A DNA stretch of 64,000 bases, from assembly GCF_964213995.1 (NCBI RefSeq), contig NW_027590138.1, forward strand, positions 930,001 to 994,000, in the 5' to 3' direction. Position numbers and translations under genes: made by a program. The notes beneath the pieces were generated by a model that saw nothing but the letters and a program-made list of their open reading frames with translations, made no database searches and was not told the origin of the DNA. The stretch is from Mustelus asterias. Taxonomy: Eukaryota. Below are positions 1 to 12,419 of the stretch, piece by piece (positions within the stretch are counted from its first letter, which is position 1; every line of letters begins with the position of its first letter).

Positions 1-8
1 CCCTGGAA

Positions 9-767
9 TCACTCGTGAACTCGCTGGTGTCTCAACATGTGGGATGACCGAGTGAATCCCTCCCCACACTGAGAGCAGGTGAATGGTCTCTCCCCAGTGT
101 GAACTCGCTGGTGTGTCTGCAGGTTGGACGAATGACTGAATCCCTTCCCACACACAGAGCAGGTGAATGGCCTCTCCCCAGTGTGAACTCGCTGGTGTGT
201 CTGCAGGTTGGATGAAAGACTGAATCCCTTCCCACACACAGAGCAGGTGAATGGCCTCTCCCCAGTGTGAACTCGCTGGTGTGCCCGCAGGCTGGATGAC
301 TGAGTGAATCCCTCCCCACACTGAGAACACGTGAACGGTCTCTCCCCCGTGTGAACTCGCTGATGCCTCCGCAGGTTGGATGAACAAGTGAATCCCTTCC
401 CACACTGAGAGCAGGTGAATGGTCTCTCCCCAGTGTGAACTCGCTGGTGTGTCCACAGGCTGGATGACTGAGTGAATCCGTCCCCACACTGAGAGCAGGT
501 GAATGGTCTCTCCCCAGTGTGAACTCGCTGGTGTCTCAGCAGGTCGGATGACCGAGTGAATACCTCCCCACACTGGGAGCACATGAATGGTCTCTCCCCA
601 GTGTGAACTCGCTGGTGTGACTGCAGGCTGGATGACAGAGTGAATCCCTCCCCACACTGAGAGCAGGTGAATGGTCTCTCCCCAGTGTGGCTGCGCCGAT
701 GAGCTTCCAGCTCTGATGGAGATCTGTATCTCTTCTCACAGTCCCCACATTTCCATGGTTTCTCCAT
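9..767 (-). CDS. C2H2 zinc-finger protein ZNF-A (9 fingers, no effector domain)
   Basis: ORF with 9 CxxC-x12-HxxxH fingers and TGERP linkers. First ATG is accATGG at 767 (MEKPWKC); the track start at 803 is TTG. Splice acceptor ttttacAG at 1119-1120. Confidence 0.85.
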   Translation of the reverse strand: MEKPWKCGDCEKRYRSPSELEAHRRSHTGERPFTCSQCGEGFTLSSSLQSHQRVHTGERPFMCSQCGEVFTRSSDLLRHQRVHTGERPFTCSQCGDGFTQSSSLWTHQRVHTGERPFTCSQCGKGFTCSSNLRRHQRVHTGERPFTCSQCGEGFTQSSSLRAHQRVHTGERPFTCSVCGKGFSLSSNLQTHQRVHTGERPFTCSVCGKGFSHSSNLQTHQRVHTGERPFTCSQCGEGFTRSSHMLRHQRVHE

Positions 768-1809
768 GGTGCAGGTGTACTTGCCGCTCTCGTGGGTGGA
801 CAATCAGTTGAAGCCTCGTCCACACACAGAACAAGATTACAGTCTCTACCCGCTGTGAATGGTGTGATATTTATTCAGGCTGTGTAACTGGTTAAAGCTC
901 TTTAGTCAGTGCACTGGAACACTCTCACTCGAGTGTGGCAGTGTGTTGGTGCTTTTCCAGTCACACTGATGTTTGAAATCTTTTCAAATCAACAGACCGG
1001 ACAATCATTTCTTCTTCTAGATTCAAAGTCCAATGATATTCAGCTCCCAAGGAATATGACTCTGTCAGATCTAGAGATGACATTTGAGATTTCGGCCTGT
1101 GATTCCTCTTTCAATATCCTGTAAAACAAGTTTACAAAAGTCATCAGTGTCAGTACAGGATAGAAATTCAGAACAGACAATTCTCGTTTCTATGGAACAT
1201 TCTTTCCTATTTCAGTCCCAAAAAGCTGTGAATCTCCATCCCACACACTCTCCCTCCATTCTCACTCTGCTGTATCTAATATTCACCCTCCCAATTCTCC
1301 TGAAGGTGCTGATTGAGGCTGATTGACAAATCCATGCTCACTGCTTCCTGTCCTGGGCGCAGAGACCATAAAAAATTGGAGCTGCAGTCGGCTATTTGGT
1401 CCATCGAGTCTTTTAAACTATTCAATGAGATAATTTGTTCATCTACCTCAGCATCATTCTCCCCACACTAAACCCATATCCCTTGATCTCTTCAATATCC
1501 AGAAACCAATCAATCTCTCTCTTGAAAATAGTTGATGACTGAGGCTTCACTGTCCTCAGGGGTTGAGAATTCCAAAGCTTTACCACATCCTTGAGTGAAG
1601 AAATCCCCCAACGTATTAGCTTTTGCTCCATCTTCTTGTCTGTTCCCCATAACCTTTGACACCCTTGTCAGTCAAAGATCTGTCTAACTGGAATATATTC
1701 AATGATCCTCAGCCTCCACTGGTCCGTGGGGAAGAGAAATCCAAAAGACTAACAACCCTCTGAGGGAAGAGATGTCTGGAAATATATAACGTAGCTACAG
1801 TTCCATATT

Positions 1810-2012
1810 ACAAGATATTCAGATCCCAAGGAATATGACTCTGTCTAGATGTGACAGTTGAGATTTTTGCCTGTGATTCCTCGTTCAATATCTTGTGAAA
1901 TGAGTTTGCAAAAGTCATCACAGTCAGTATAGGATAGAAATTCAGAGCAGACAATTCTGGTTTCTATGGAACATTCTTTCCTATTTCATTCCCAAAAAGT
2001 TGTAAATCTCCA
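1810..2012 (-). repeat. Partial local duplicate of the ZNF-A acceptor/intron segment
   Basis: Matches ~1035-1240 (cccaaggaatatgactctgtc...aaagtcatca...gatagaaattcaga...tttctatggaacattctttcctattt). Confidence 0.75.
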
Positions 2013-2714
2013 TCCAGATCTATGGATTCTATTTAAAAATGAAAGTGGATGGGCTCTTGAAGGAAATAAACTTTCAGGAGAATGGGGATAGAGTGGGAAT
2101 GGGACTGGAATGTTATACAGAGAGTCAGCATGGACTCGAGTTACCGAATGGATTCCTTCTGTGCTGTAATGACTTTATGACTGGAAATGTATTATATTAC
2201 AATGCAAGAAATAATAATAAATATATTTTATTACAGAAACATAAATAATATATTTAATCTGGGTACCATATAACAACACTAGACATATCTCTGTCCTATA
2301 TTAATTTACTGTCCCCTTAAATGTCAGCCATCTCCTGCCCTTTAATTGTGAACATGAGGAAAGAGACCATCCTTTTAGACAGAAAGAAGATTAACGTTTC
2401 AGGGTGGGCAGAATGAATTACAGGGAATAAAAATGTATCAGATTTTGTTGGTCAATATAAGCTCAGAAGTGGAAAGGAAATGATCTCCAGTGGAAGAGAA
2501 ACAATTCCTGAACATTGTAAGACTAAGCTGGTAAATCAGCAGTGAATAGAGTAGTGAAGTGGTAAAAACCTCATCAAGACATAGCTTGCGGAAATAATAG
2601 TTAAAATACACCCATTATTAGAGGCAGAGGAAGGTAGACAATGGCAGAGAGCTGATCAGGGAGGGCAGAGGTCAAACAGAGAAATGGATGGCCGTTTAAA
2701 AATCCATAAAAAAC

Positions 2715-3975
2715 ATGGTTAGCAAGTTTGCAGACGATATTGAATTCGGAGGTATCGCTGATAGTGAAGAAGGTTATCAAAAATTACAGGGGGATCTTGA
2801 TCAGTTGGGGAAGTGGGCCGATGATTGGCAAATGGATTTCAGTACAGATAATACAGAGCACAGAGGCACAACTTCAGGCTAAAGGGACGATCCTTTAAAA
2901 CAGAGGTAAGGAGGAATTTCTTCAGCCAGAGAGTGGTGAATTTGTGGAACTCTTTGCCGCAGAAGGCTGTGGAGGCCAAGCCATTGACTGTCTTTAAGAC
3001 AGAGATAGATAGGTTCTTGATTAATAAGGGGATCAGGGGTGATGGGAAAAAGGCAGGAGAATGGGGGGAGAAAAATATCAGCCATGATTGAATGGCGGAG
3101 CAGACTCGATGGGCCAAGTGGCCTAATTCTGCTCCTATGTCTTATGGTCTTGAGTGTGAGTGTTGCATTTTGGAAAGTCAAACCAGGGGAGGACTTGTAC
3201 AGTGAATGGTAAGGCCCTGGGGAGTGTTGAGGAACAGAGGAACCCAGGAGTACAAGTACATAGTTTGTTGGAAGTGGCGGCACAGGTAGACAGAGTGGTG
3301 AAGAAGGCATTTCGCACACTGGCCTTCATCAGTCAGAGCACTGAGTATAGGAGTTGGGACATTATGTTATAGTTGTATAAGTTGTTGATGAGGCTGCACT
3401 TGGAGTATTGTGTACAGTTTTTGTAACCCTGTTATAGGAAAGACATTCATAAACTGGAAAGAGTGAAAAGAAGATTTATGAGGATGTTGCCGGGACTAAT
3501 GGGCCTGAGTGATCGCGAGAGGTTGGACAGGCGAGGGCTTTATTCCTTCGAACACAGGAGAATATGGGGTGACTATATTGAGGTGTATTAAATCATGGGG
3601 GGCATAGATAGGATGAACCCACATTGTCTTTTTGCCAGGGTAGGGCAATTGAAATGAACCCACATTGTCTTTTTGCCAGGGTAGGGCAATTGAAAATTAG
3701 AGGGCATAGGTTTAAGGTGAGAGGGGAAAGATTAAAAGGGACCTGAAGGGCAACATCTTCATGCAGAGGGTGGTGTGTACATGGAATGAACTGCCAGAGA
3801 AAGTGGTTGAGACAGGTTTAAACATTTAGAAAGCATAAGTACATGAATTGGAAAGGATTAGAGGGATATGAGCCAAACATGGGCAATTGGGACTAGCTGG
3901 GAGGGCACCATGGTTGGCATGGATCAGTTGGGCCCAAGGGCCTGTTTCCGTGCTGTATTGCTCTATGACTCTATG
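2715..3975 (+). mobile_element. CR1 LINE 3' fragment with a second CR1 3' end nested at ~2851-3151
   Basis: SKFADD...WQMDF then HFGKSNQGR...VVKKAF RT C-terminus; ctctatgactctatg tail; 41-bp tandem duplication at 3613-3694. Confidence 0.85.
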
Positions 3976-4064
3976 TGTTGGCTGCGTCAGCAACTATTGC
4001 CCATAACTCATTGTCCTTGAACTGAGTGGTTTGCACTGCTGGGGGATGTGGTAATTTCCTTCTT

Positions 4065-4250
4065 TAAAGGACATTATTAAATTGGATGGATTTTTACAAC
4101 AATTGTCATCAATGGACTTCTAATTCTAGATTTTTACTGAATTCAAATTTCAACATCTGCCACTGTGAGATTCGAACCCAGGGTTCACAGTGTATTGCCC
4201 TGGATCCCTGTATTACTAATCCAATCACACTATCACTGCACCATTGCCTC
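4065..4250 (-). mobile_element. tRNA-derived SINE family B fragment
   Basis: Reverse complement resembles the copies at 24985, 35861 and 43679 (gggttcgaatc B-box, gaaatttgaattc). Confidence 0.6.
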
Positions 4251-4805
4251 CCCATCCATGGTAAAGGAGTCACAATAGCCTGAGATCCATGGAATCAGAG
4301 CATGCTCTAAATTTAAATTAATGCTCACTCACACTCACCCCAAAACAATTTCACTGTTTTCAACGTTTTAAATCTGCTGGAGTCTACGTCTGCAAAGATC
4401 TCAGAGAGATTGGTGTCCGGGAAAAATGTTGCAATCTTCAAATCTTCTCCCTGTAAATGAGGAAAGTTATAGGTGTAATTCAAGGTTAGAAATTCAGGAC
4501 AGACAAACATTTATTTTGGTCTGAGTTTGCTGTGAGTAAATCCTCCCCTTCTAACCCCCTGTAAAAGGAGTTTCCAAAATCCATCAGCATTTGTCCAGAA
4601 CAGAAATTCAAAACATTCTCTCCTATTGCTTGCACAGAATTACTTCAGCTGGGACAAAATTGCAGTGGAGGCAGTTCAGAGAAGATCCAGTTGGTTGATT
4701 CCTGAAATGAGGAGTTTTATCTTTCAGGTTGAGCAGCTGGGGCCTGTACTCTTTGGAGTTTAGAAGACTGAGAAGTAATCTTATTGAAACATCTAGGAAT
4801 TTCAG

Positions 4806-5118
4806 GGTGGCATAATGGTTAGCACTGCTGCCTCACAGCACCAGGATCCCAAGTTCAATTCCAGCGTTGGGTCACTGTCTGTGTGGAGTTTGTACATTTT
4901 CCCCTTGTCTGTGAGTTTCCTCAGGGTGCTCCAGTTTCCTCCCACAGTCCAAAGATGTATGGATTAGGTGGATCAACCATGCTAAATTGACCCAAGTGTC
5001 AGGGGGATTAGCAGGGTAAATGCAGGGGGTTGTGGGGATGGGGCTGGGTGGAATTGTGGTTGGTACAAACTTGATGGGCCGAATGGCCTCCTTCTGCACT
5101 GTTGGGATTCTATGATTC
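4806..5118 (+). mobile_element. HE1-like V-SINE (CR1-type tail) inserted in an old CR1 fragment (~4660-5345)
   Basis: A-box/B-box tRNA head, V-domain (gggtgctccagtttcctcccacagtccaaag) and gggccgaatggcct...ttctatga tail. Confidence 0.85.
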
Positions 5119-5359
5119 ATATGATATAAGGTGCTTGACAAGGTAGATGCTGAGGATGTTTCCTTTGGTGTGGGAATCAAGTAAAAATAAAGGATTTAAG
5201 ATTAAGATGAAGAGAGATCTTTTCTCTCAATGGGCTGTTGATCTTTGGAACTCTGTCTTCACCAGTGAGGATTGGAGGCAGGTCATTGAATATATTCAAA
5301 GCTGAGGTTCTGATCCACAAGAAAGTCATGGGTATTGACGGGGTGGGGGTAGCAAAGTC

Positions 5360-6650
5360 ATAGATTCGTAGAGATTTGCAGCATGGAAAACGGCCCTTCG
5401 GCCCAACTTGTCCATGCTGCCCTTTTTTTTTAAACCCTTAAGCTCATCCCAATTGCCCACATTTGGCCCATATCCCTCTATACCCATGTAACTATCTAAA
5501 TGCTATTTAAAAGACTAAATTGTACCCGCCTCTACTACTACCTCTGGCAGCTTGTTCCAAGTACTCACCACCCTATCTAACTGCAACGGGATCTTGATCA
5601 ATTGGGCCAGTGGGCTGACGAATGGCAGATGGAGTTTAATTTAGACAAATGCGAGGTGATGCATTTTGGTAGATTGAACCAGGGCAGGACTTATTCAGTT
5701 AATGGTAGGGTGTTGGGGAGAGTTACAGAACAAAGAGATGTAGGGGAACATGTTCATAGCTCCTTGAAAGTGGAGCCACAGGTGGACAGAGTGGTGAAGA
5801 AAGCATTCGGCATACTTGGTTTCATCGGTCAGAACATTGAATACAGGAGTTGGAATGTCTTGTTGAAGTTGTACAAGACATTGGGAAAACCACACTTGGA
5901 ATACTGTGTGCAATTCTGGTCACCCTATTATAGAAAGGATATTATTAAACTAAAAAGAGTGCAGCAAAGATTTATTAGGATGCTACTGGGACTTGATGGA
6001 TTGAGTTATAAGGAGAGGCTGGATAGACTGGGACTTTTTTCTCTTGAGCGTAGGAAGCTGAGCAGTGATCTTAGAGAGGTCTATAAAATAATGAGGGGCA
6101 TAGATCAGCTGGATAGTCAATATCTTTTCCCAAAGGTAGGGGAGTCTAAAACTAGAGGGCATAGGTTTAAATTGAGAAGGGAGAGATACAAAGTGTCCAG
6201 AGGGCCAATCTTTTCACACAGAGGGTGTGAGTGTCTGGAACAAGCTGCCAGGGGTAGTAGTAGAGGCGGGTTCAATTTTGTCTTTTAAAAAGCATTTAGA
6301 TAGTTACATGGGTACAATGAGTATTGAGGGATATGGGCCAAATGCGGGGAATTGGGATTTTAAAAAAAGTGCGGCATGGACAAGTTGGGCCGAAGGGCCT
6401 GTTTCCATGCTGTAAACCTCTCTGACTCTATGACCCTCTGTGTGAACAAATTGCTCCTCTGGACACTTTTGTATCTTTCCCCTCTCACCTTAAACCTATG
6501 CCCTCTAGTTTTAGACTCCCCTACCTTTGGGAAAAGATATTTACTATCCAGCTGATCTGTGCCCCTCATTATTTTATAGACCTCTCTAAGATCACCCCTC
6601 AGCCTCCTATGCTCCAGAGAAAAAAGTCCCAGTCTATCCAGCCTCTCCAA
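5360..6650 (-). mobile_element. CR1 3' fragment (5360-5574 plus 6433-6650) split by a same-family insertion
   Basis: The two parts are contiguous CR1 3' sequence on the minus strand; accct is duplicated at 5570-5574 and 6433-6437. Confidence 0.8.
5575..6432 (+). mobile_element. 5'-truncated CR1 LINE (RT C-terminus)
   Basis: ORF WQMEFNLDKCEVMHFG...PHLEYCVQFWSP...LGLFSLERR; ctctatg tail. Confidence 0.9.
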
Positions 6651-6749
6651 AGTAGACATGATCTTATTGACTGATGCAGCAGGCTCGATGGGCCGAATGA
6701 CTGGCTCCTGTTCCTAATTCTTATGTTCTTATTCTGATGGTCTTGGATA

Positions 6750-7150
6750 GTTGCGCATGCGCCCTGCAACATATTGTCCCTCTGAAGATAGAGGTTCTGA
6801 ACCAGCCCCTGAAACCACGCCCATTGTGACCCGCCACCGACAGCAGCGCATGCGCTCTCCTTCCCCGCTGAAACAAGATGGCGACCGAAAACCGGGGCCT
6901 GTTCTCGGGGGAAAAAACCCGGGAGCTGCGAACCCGGAACCCTCATGGTCTTATTCGGGCCTTGCGACCTGGAGCGGGTATTTGTGAAGCCTCCACTCCC
7001 TCCCCACCCCGACTCCATTCCTCCCTCCGCCACACTGACTCTCACCCGCTGAAAAAACGTCCCCCGCACTCGCAGGGCTCCGAGCAAAGTGGCACTACGC
7101 ATGCTCTAGATACAGCACTGCGCCTGCGCAATAGGCTGCTGTGGAATGAA
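6750..7150 (-). promoter_or_regulatory. CpG-island promoter/first exon (cassette type I), probably for ZNF-A
   Basis: NRF1-type TGCGCATGCGC (6752, ~6845), YY1-type AAGATGGCG (~6875), minus-strand donor GTGAG at 7045. Homologous to 21560-21800 in inverted orientation. Confidence 0.65.
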
Positions 7151-7766
7151 TAGGACACTTTGACACCCGCAGGGGCACCTGGGAATTAACGGCGCCATTG
7201 TCAATCAAAGACATAATAGAAAACTATCTTGTGCAATTGAGATTAATTAATTTTTTAAAATACATTCCTCTGAATTTGTGATGAATTGGCCTGTGTACTG
7301 AGCATATATTAAGGTTCCACTTAAAATTAAAAGAAAAGATGCTGGTAAAACGCAGCAGGATTGAGAGAGAACCCACAGAGGCAAGTTATGAAAAGAGTTC
7401 AGACTGAAGCAACAATAAAAAAAACCCACACGGGGGGCCAGGAACTGAGTTCTGCATCCAACAGACAGCCTGATTTATGCCAGCTCCTAACTGTGTTTCT
7501 AAACTCGAACTTATAAAACAATAACACAGAAACAAAACTCTGTAGAGACTGTTTCTGGGACAAAGAAAATAAGTATTGGAGATATTCATCAGGCCAGGCA
7601 GCCTGTGAGAGCCACAAACAGAATTGAGGGCTCAGGTTGCTGACCTGCCCTCGGTCTGCAATTAAATATTTATAGTCAGTCACTGACTAATGGCGGTCAC
7701 AATTCCCACAATGCTCTGCACCTCAGAAACCCCTCCATTCAAAAGTTGTTCGCCGGAATTCACTAA

Positions 7767-8600
7767 TCATAGAATCCTTACAGTGCAGAAAGAGGCCATT
7801 CGATTAATCGAGTCTGTACTGCAACGGCAACAATATATTCTGCACCCTACTCTTTTCCTTTCCCCCTATGTACTCGATCAATTTACTTTTTTTCTGTACA
7901 GCACGCAAGAAATAATACTTTTCACCGTATCCCAGAACATGCGACAATAATAAATCAAATTAGACACTACATATCTTGGACACCAAGGGACAAATTTACC
8001 TAACCTGCACATCTTTGGGCTATGAGAAAAAAACCGGAGCACCCAGAGGAAATGCACACAGAGGGAGATTGTGCAAACTCCACACATGAGGTGGAGATGC
8101 CAGCGCTGAACTGGGGTGAGCACAGTAAGTAGTCTCAAAATACAAGGTTAAAGACCAACAGGTTTATTTAGAACCACAAGCTTTCAGAGCGCTGATGAAG
8201 GAGCAGTGCTCTGAAAGCTCGTGATTCCAAATAACCAAGAGAAAATGCTGCAAAATCTCAGTAGGTTTGGCAACATCTGTAAGGAGAGAAAAGAACTGAC
8301 ATTTCGAGTCCAGATGACTCTTTGTCAAAGCTTTGATAAAGGGTGATGTGGACTCGAAGCATCAGTTCTTTTCTCTCCTTACAGATCCTGCCATATCTGC
8401 TGAGATTTTCCAGCAATTTCTCTTTTGGTTTCAAATTCCAGCATCCACAATAATTTACTTTGATTCCAAATAAACTTATTGGACTTTAACTTGGTGTTAT
8501 GAGACTTCTTCCTGAGCAAACTCCACACAGACAGTCACCCACCGCTCGAATCGAACTCTGACTCAGTGAGGCAGCAGTGCTGACCACTGTGCCACAGTGA
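7767..8600 (-). mobile_element. HE1-like V-SINE containing nested Rex1 tail (~7820-7960) and Penelope-derived palindromes (8087-8515)
   Basis: SINE tail at 7767 and head at ~8600. TSD gcaaactccacaca at 8073-8086 and 8516-8529. Confidence 0.75.
8087..8515. mobile_element. Self-inverted Penelope family A pLTR mini-element with a nested family B palindrome (8235-8460)
   Basis: Minus-strand pLTR arm 8087-8190, plus-strand arm from CTGATGA at 8192. Inner element has a 13-bp TSD tgattccaaataa at 8222-8234 and 8461-8473 and is centred on tttgtcaaag|ctttgataaa at 8330/8331. Confidence 0.8.
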
Positions 8601-8791
8601 TGGTAGTTTGCCGCAAATTTCGGGTGATAACAATGGGCTGGATGTTGCTCAGAATGTGGAGCACTGCAGCAAAGTACAGAGAGACAGAGACAGAGCAGCA
8701 GACTGGACTAAGAAATGGAGTCTGCAGACTGGAACTGGCAGCATGAGGAGAGGTTATTTAGTCTAACACTCACAGCAATCTACAACCCACC

Positions 8792-10130
8792 CCCATTACC
8801 GAGACAGTGAGACAGAGATTACAAACACTCACCAACACAGCTCCACTGAAACGTCCGAGGAAAAAGAGGGAACCTGTGGCAGTTCCTGTCCTGAAATAGC
8901 CCCAGGACTGTCACTCAAACCCCCAACCCGGCCCAGTTCACAGCTCAGCCTCTCAGCTTGCAGCTTCCTACACCTTGAGCCAACCCTGTCCAGGTGTGGG
9001 AGGGATGTGGAACCACAGAGTGGGGGGAGGGGTGACCACCTGCTGTGCCCCAAATAGTTTCTCCTTCCCCTCCCCCTTGGCTCTCTAAGGTCTGAATGTG
9101 GATGTGTTGATGGACATTGCAGAGCCTCACTGAGCTTATCCTGGGTCACCCCCTCCCCCTGGGTTCAGTGTGTTCAGTTCGCTGCTTCTTTCCCTGCTGA
9201 ACCTTCAGTTAATCAAAAACAGAAAGTGCTGGAAAACCTCAGCAGGTCTGATCGCATCTGTGATCATCCAGACTGGAAGCATTAACTCCATTCTCTCTCC
9301 ACAGATGCTGTCAGACCTGCTGAGATTTTCCAGCATTTTCTGTTTCAGATTCCAGCATCCGCGGTATTTTGCTTTTATCTTCATTTAAACACGCATTCTT
9401 TGATGGCCTTTACCCTCCGTGCTCCTTTCCAGAGCTTCCCACCTTCTGCTATTGTCCCTGACTCCCACATTAACCCTGTCATTCCTTCCCTTTATCCCGC
9501 TCACATCCCGCTCGAAACTCAGCCTCAGAGTTTTAGCGCCATCTCCCCCTCCCCCAGTCCCCACATCCCAACACCCGGAATCTCCAGCCCAGCGGTTCCA
9601 GTTTGTCTGGTTTGAGTTCAGATTTGCCGCAGCACCGACAGGATTTCACTTCAAACCAGCCGGAACTGACTGCTCACAAATCCCTAAATGTTTCTCCAGC
9701 AGCCCGGGCTTGTTAACGTTGTTTAAAGTCAGCGCCCAAATGCAGTTACTTTCCTCAGTTTAAAAAACTTCTCCGTTTAATCCAAAGTATTATTCGCACC
9801 AGACATAAACACAAAATTGTGAACGTTACCCACCGCCCCCAACTCCCCCGCCCCTCCCCCTCCTCCCCCCCAACGAGACCCGAGCTGGGGTGTCCCGAGG
9901 AAGAGACATCTGTTTCGGGTGTGACAATTCTTCCACATTCTCTGGTTGACATCAAACGGAAAACGCTGGAAATTGCCTCCATTACCGAGACAGTGAGACA
10001 GAGATTACAAACACTCACCAACACAGCTCCAGTGAAATGTCCCAGGGAAAAGGGGGAATCTGTGGCTGTTCCTGTCCTGATATCGCCCCAGGACTGTCAC
10101 TCAAAACCTCAACCCGGCCCAGTTCACAGC
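8792..10130. repeat. ~150-bp direct repeat (8792-8945 and 9980-10130)
   Basis: ccattaccgagacagtgagacagagattacaaacactcaccaacacagctcc...cccggcccagttcacagc occurs twice. Confidence 0.85.
9212..9385. mobile_element. Penelope family B pLTR, inverted pair
   Basis: tgctggaaaacctcagcaggtctga followed by its reverse complement tcagacctgctgagattttccagca. Confidence 0.7.
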
Positions 10131-10139
10131 AAATTGCTG

Positions 10140-10320
10140 CTTTTGTCAAAAGGGTCACTTGGACTCGAAACGTCAGCTCTTTTTGTCTCCTTACAGATGC
10201 TGCCAGACCTGCTGAGATTTTCCAGCGTTTTCTCTTTTGGCTGGAAATACTCAACAAGTCAGGCAGCCTCTGTGGAGAGAGAAACAGACTGAATGTGACC
10301 TGTCATCGGAACTGGGAAAT
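10140..10320. mobile_element. Penelope family B pLTR fragments in opposite orientations
   Basis: gggtcacttggactcgaaacgtcagctc...gacctgctgagattttccagc then an inverted degenerate arm. Confidence 0.65.
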
Positions 10321-10336
10321 ATATTATTTCCCGCAA

Positions 10337-12045
10337 CTGAGCTGCTTAATGAATACTTTACCTCGGTATTCACGGTGGAAAGGGATCTGGGTGGTTGTAC
10401 TGCTGGATTGCGGAGGACAGAAAGGATCGAGCATGTGGACATAAAGAAAGAGGATGTGTTGGAACTATTGAATGGCATCAAGGTTGGTAAGTCGCCGGGA
10501 CCGGATGGGATGTACCCCAGGTTACTGTGGGAGGCGAGGGAGGAGATTGCGGAGCCTTTGGCGATGATCTTTGCATCGTCGATGGAGACGGGAGAGGTTC
10601 CGGAGGATTGGAGGATTGCGGATGTGGTCCCTATATTCAAGAAAGGGAACAGGGACAGCCCGGGAAATTACCGACCGGTGAGTCTAACCTCAGTGGTTGG
10701 TAAGTTGATGGAGAGGATCCTGAGAGACAGGATTTATGATCATCTAGAGAAGTTTAGTATGATCAAAAGTAGTCAGCACGGCTTTGTCAGGGGCAGGTCG
10801 TGCCTTACGAGCCTGGTTGAGTTCTTTGAAAATGTGACCAAGCACATTGACGAAGGAAGAGCGGTGGATGTGGTCTATATGGACTTCAGCAAAGCGTTCG
10901 ATAAGGTCCCCCATGCAAGACTTCTTGAGAAAGTGAGAGGGCATGGGATCCAAGGGGCTGTTGCCTTGTGGATCCAGAACTGGCTTGCCTGCAGAAGGCA
11001 GAGAGTGGCTGTGGAGGGGTCTTTCTCTGCATGGAGGTCAGTGACCAGTGGAGTGCCCCAGGGATCTGTTCTGGGACCCTTGCTGTTTGTCATTTTCATA
11101 AATGACCTGGATGAGGAAGTGGAGGGATGGGTTGGTAAGTTTGCTGACGACACCAAGGTAGGTGGTGTTGTGGATAGTTTGGAGGGATGTCAGAAGTTGC
11201 AGCGAGACATAGATAGAATGCAAGACTGGGCGGAGAAGTGGCAGATGGACTTCAACCCGGATAAGTGTGTAGTGATCCATTTTGGCAGATCCAATGGGAT
11301 GGAGCAGCAGTATAAAATGAAGGGTACCATTCTTAGCAGTGTAGAGGATCAGAAGGACCTTGGGGTCCGGGTCCATAGGACTCTTAAATCGGCCTCGCAG
11401 GTGGAGGATGCGGTCAAGAAGGCGTATGGCGTACTAGCCTTCATTAATCGAGGGATTGAGTTTAGGAGTCGGGAGATAATGCTGCAGCTTTATAGGACCC
11501 TGGTTAGACCCCACTTGGAGTACTGCGCGCAGTTCTGGTCACCTCATTACAGGAAAGATGTTGAAGCCATTGAAAGGGTGCAGAGGAGATTTACAAGGAT
11601 GTTGCCTGGATTGGGGGGCATGCCTTATGAGGATAGGTTGAGGGAGCTTGGTCTCTTCTCCCTGGAGAGACGAAGGATGAGAGGTGACCTGATAGAGGTT
11701 TACAAGATGTTGAGGGGTCTGGATAGGGTGGACTCTCAGAGGCTATTTCCAAGGGCTGAAATGGTTGCTACGAGAGGACACAGGTTTAAGGTGCTGGGGG
11801 GTAGGTACAGGGGGGATGTCAGGGGTAAGTTTTTCACTCAGAGGGTGGTGGGTGAGTGGAATCGGCTGACGTCGGTGGTGGTGGAGGCAAACTCGTTGGG
11901 GTCTTTTAAGAGACTTCTGGATGAGTACATGGGATTTAATGGGATTGAGGGCTATAGATAGGCCTAGAGGTGGGAATGTGATCGGCGCAACTTGTGGGCC
12001 GAAGGGCCTGTTTGTGCTGTGGCTTTCTATGTTCTATGTTCTATG
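10337..12045 (+). mobile_element. Young 5'-truncated CR1 LINE with an uninterrupted ORF2 RT domain
   Basis: Open frame with PGPDG, YRPVSLTS, QHGF, DFSKAFD, GVPQGSVLGP, FADD motifs to the stop at 11961; (ttctatg)n tail. The N-terminal ~30 aa of the track ORF come from flanking DNA. Confidence 0.95.
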
Positions 12046-12049
12046 AAAG

Positions 12050-12395
12050 AGACACTTTACAGCCTTCAGAACAAAACTGAGCTCAACAATTTTACACCAC
12101 AATCTCTCCCCCCATTGTGTTCTGTGTTTCGTTGCTGCTTTTTTCACCTCATTTCCCACTTGTTTTCTTTACTTTACATTCAGACTATCGCTCACCAGCT
12201 ATTCACACCTCATCCAGAACATCTTTTGTATCTTTATTTGTCCCATTACCACTCGCTTTGGTCTTGGGCCGTGAAACATTTTGTCAGTTTGCAGATCTTT
12301 CATTTTGTTCTTCTCCACCTCCCTTTCTCAATTCTTCAGAGGTCAGTCTTTGACAAAGGGTCATCTGGACTCGAAACGTCAGCACTTTTCTCTCC
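12050..12395 (+). mobile_element. Penelope family B 3' end with hammerhead motif
   Basis: Degenerate TLQPS...NNF ORF end, pyrimidine-rich 3' region, TTGACAA-A-GGGTC-atctg-GACTC-GAAA-CG-TC at 12350-12380. Confidence 0.65.
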
Positions 12396-12419
12396 TGACA
12401 AATGCCCGTGACCACTGAA

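Noticed and set aside
32-823. Alternative-frame ORFs over ZNF exons ([19 protein letters not shown] repeats; also 23384, 30677, 48983, 57782)
   Set aside because: Shadow frames of the 84-bp finger repeat, common to all C2H2 arrays; no independent evidence of coding.
10237-11961. 574-aa ORF as a domesticated or autonomous RT gene
   Set aside because: Lacks the endonuclease and ORF1, begins in unrelated flanking repeat DNA and ends in a normal CR1 tail; best read as a young truncated insertion.
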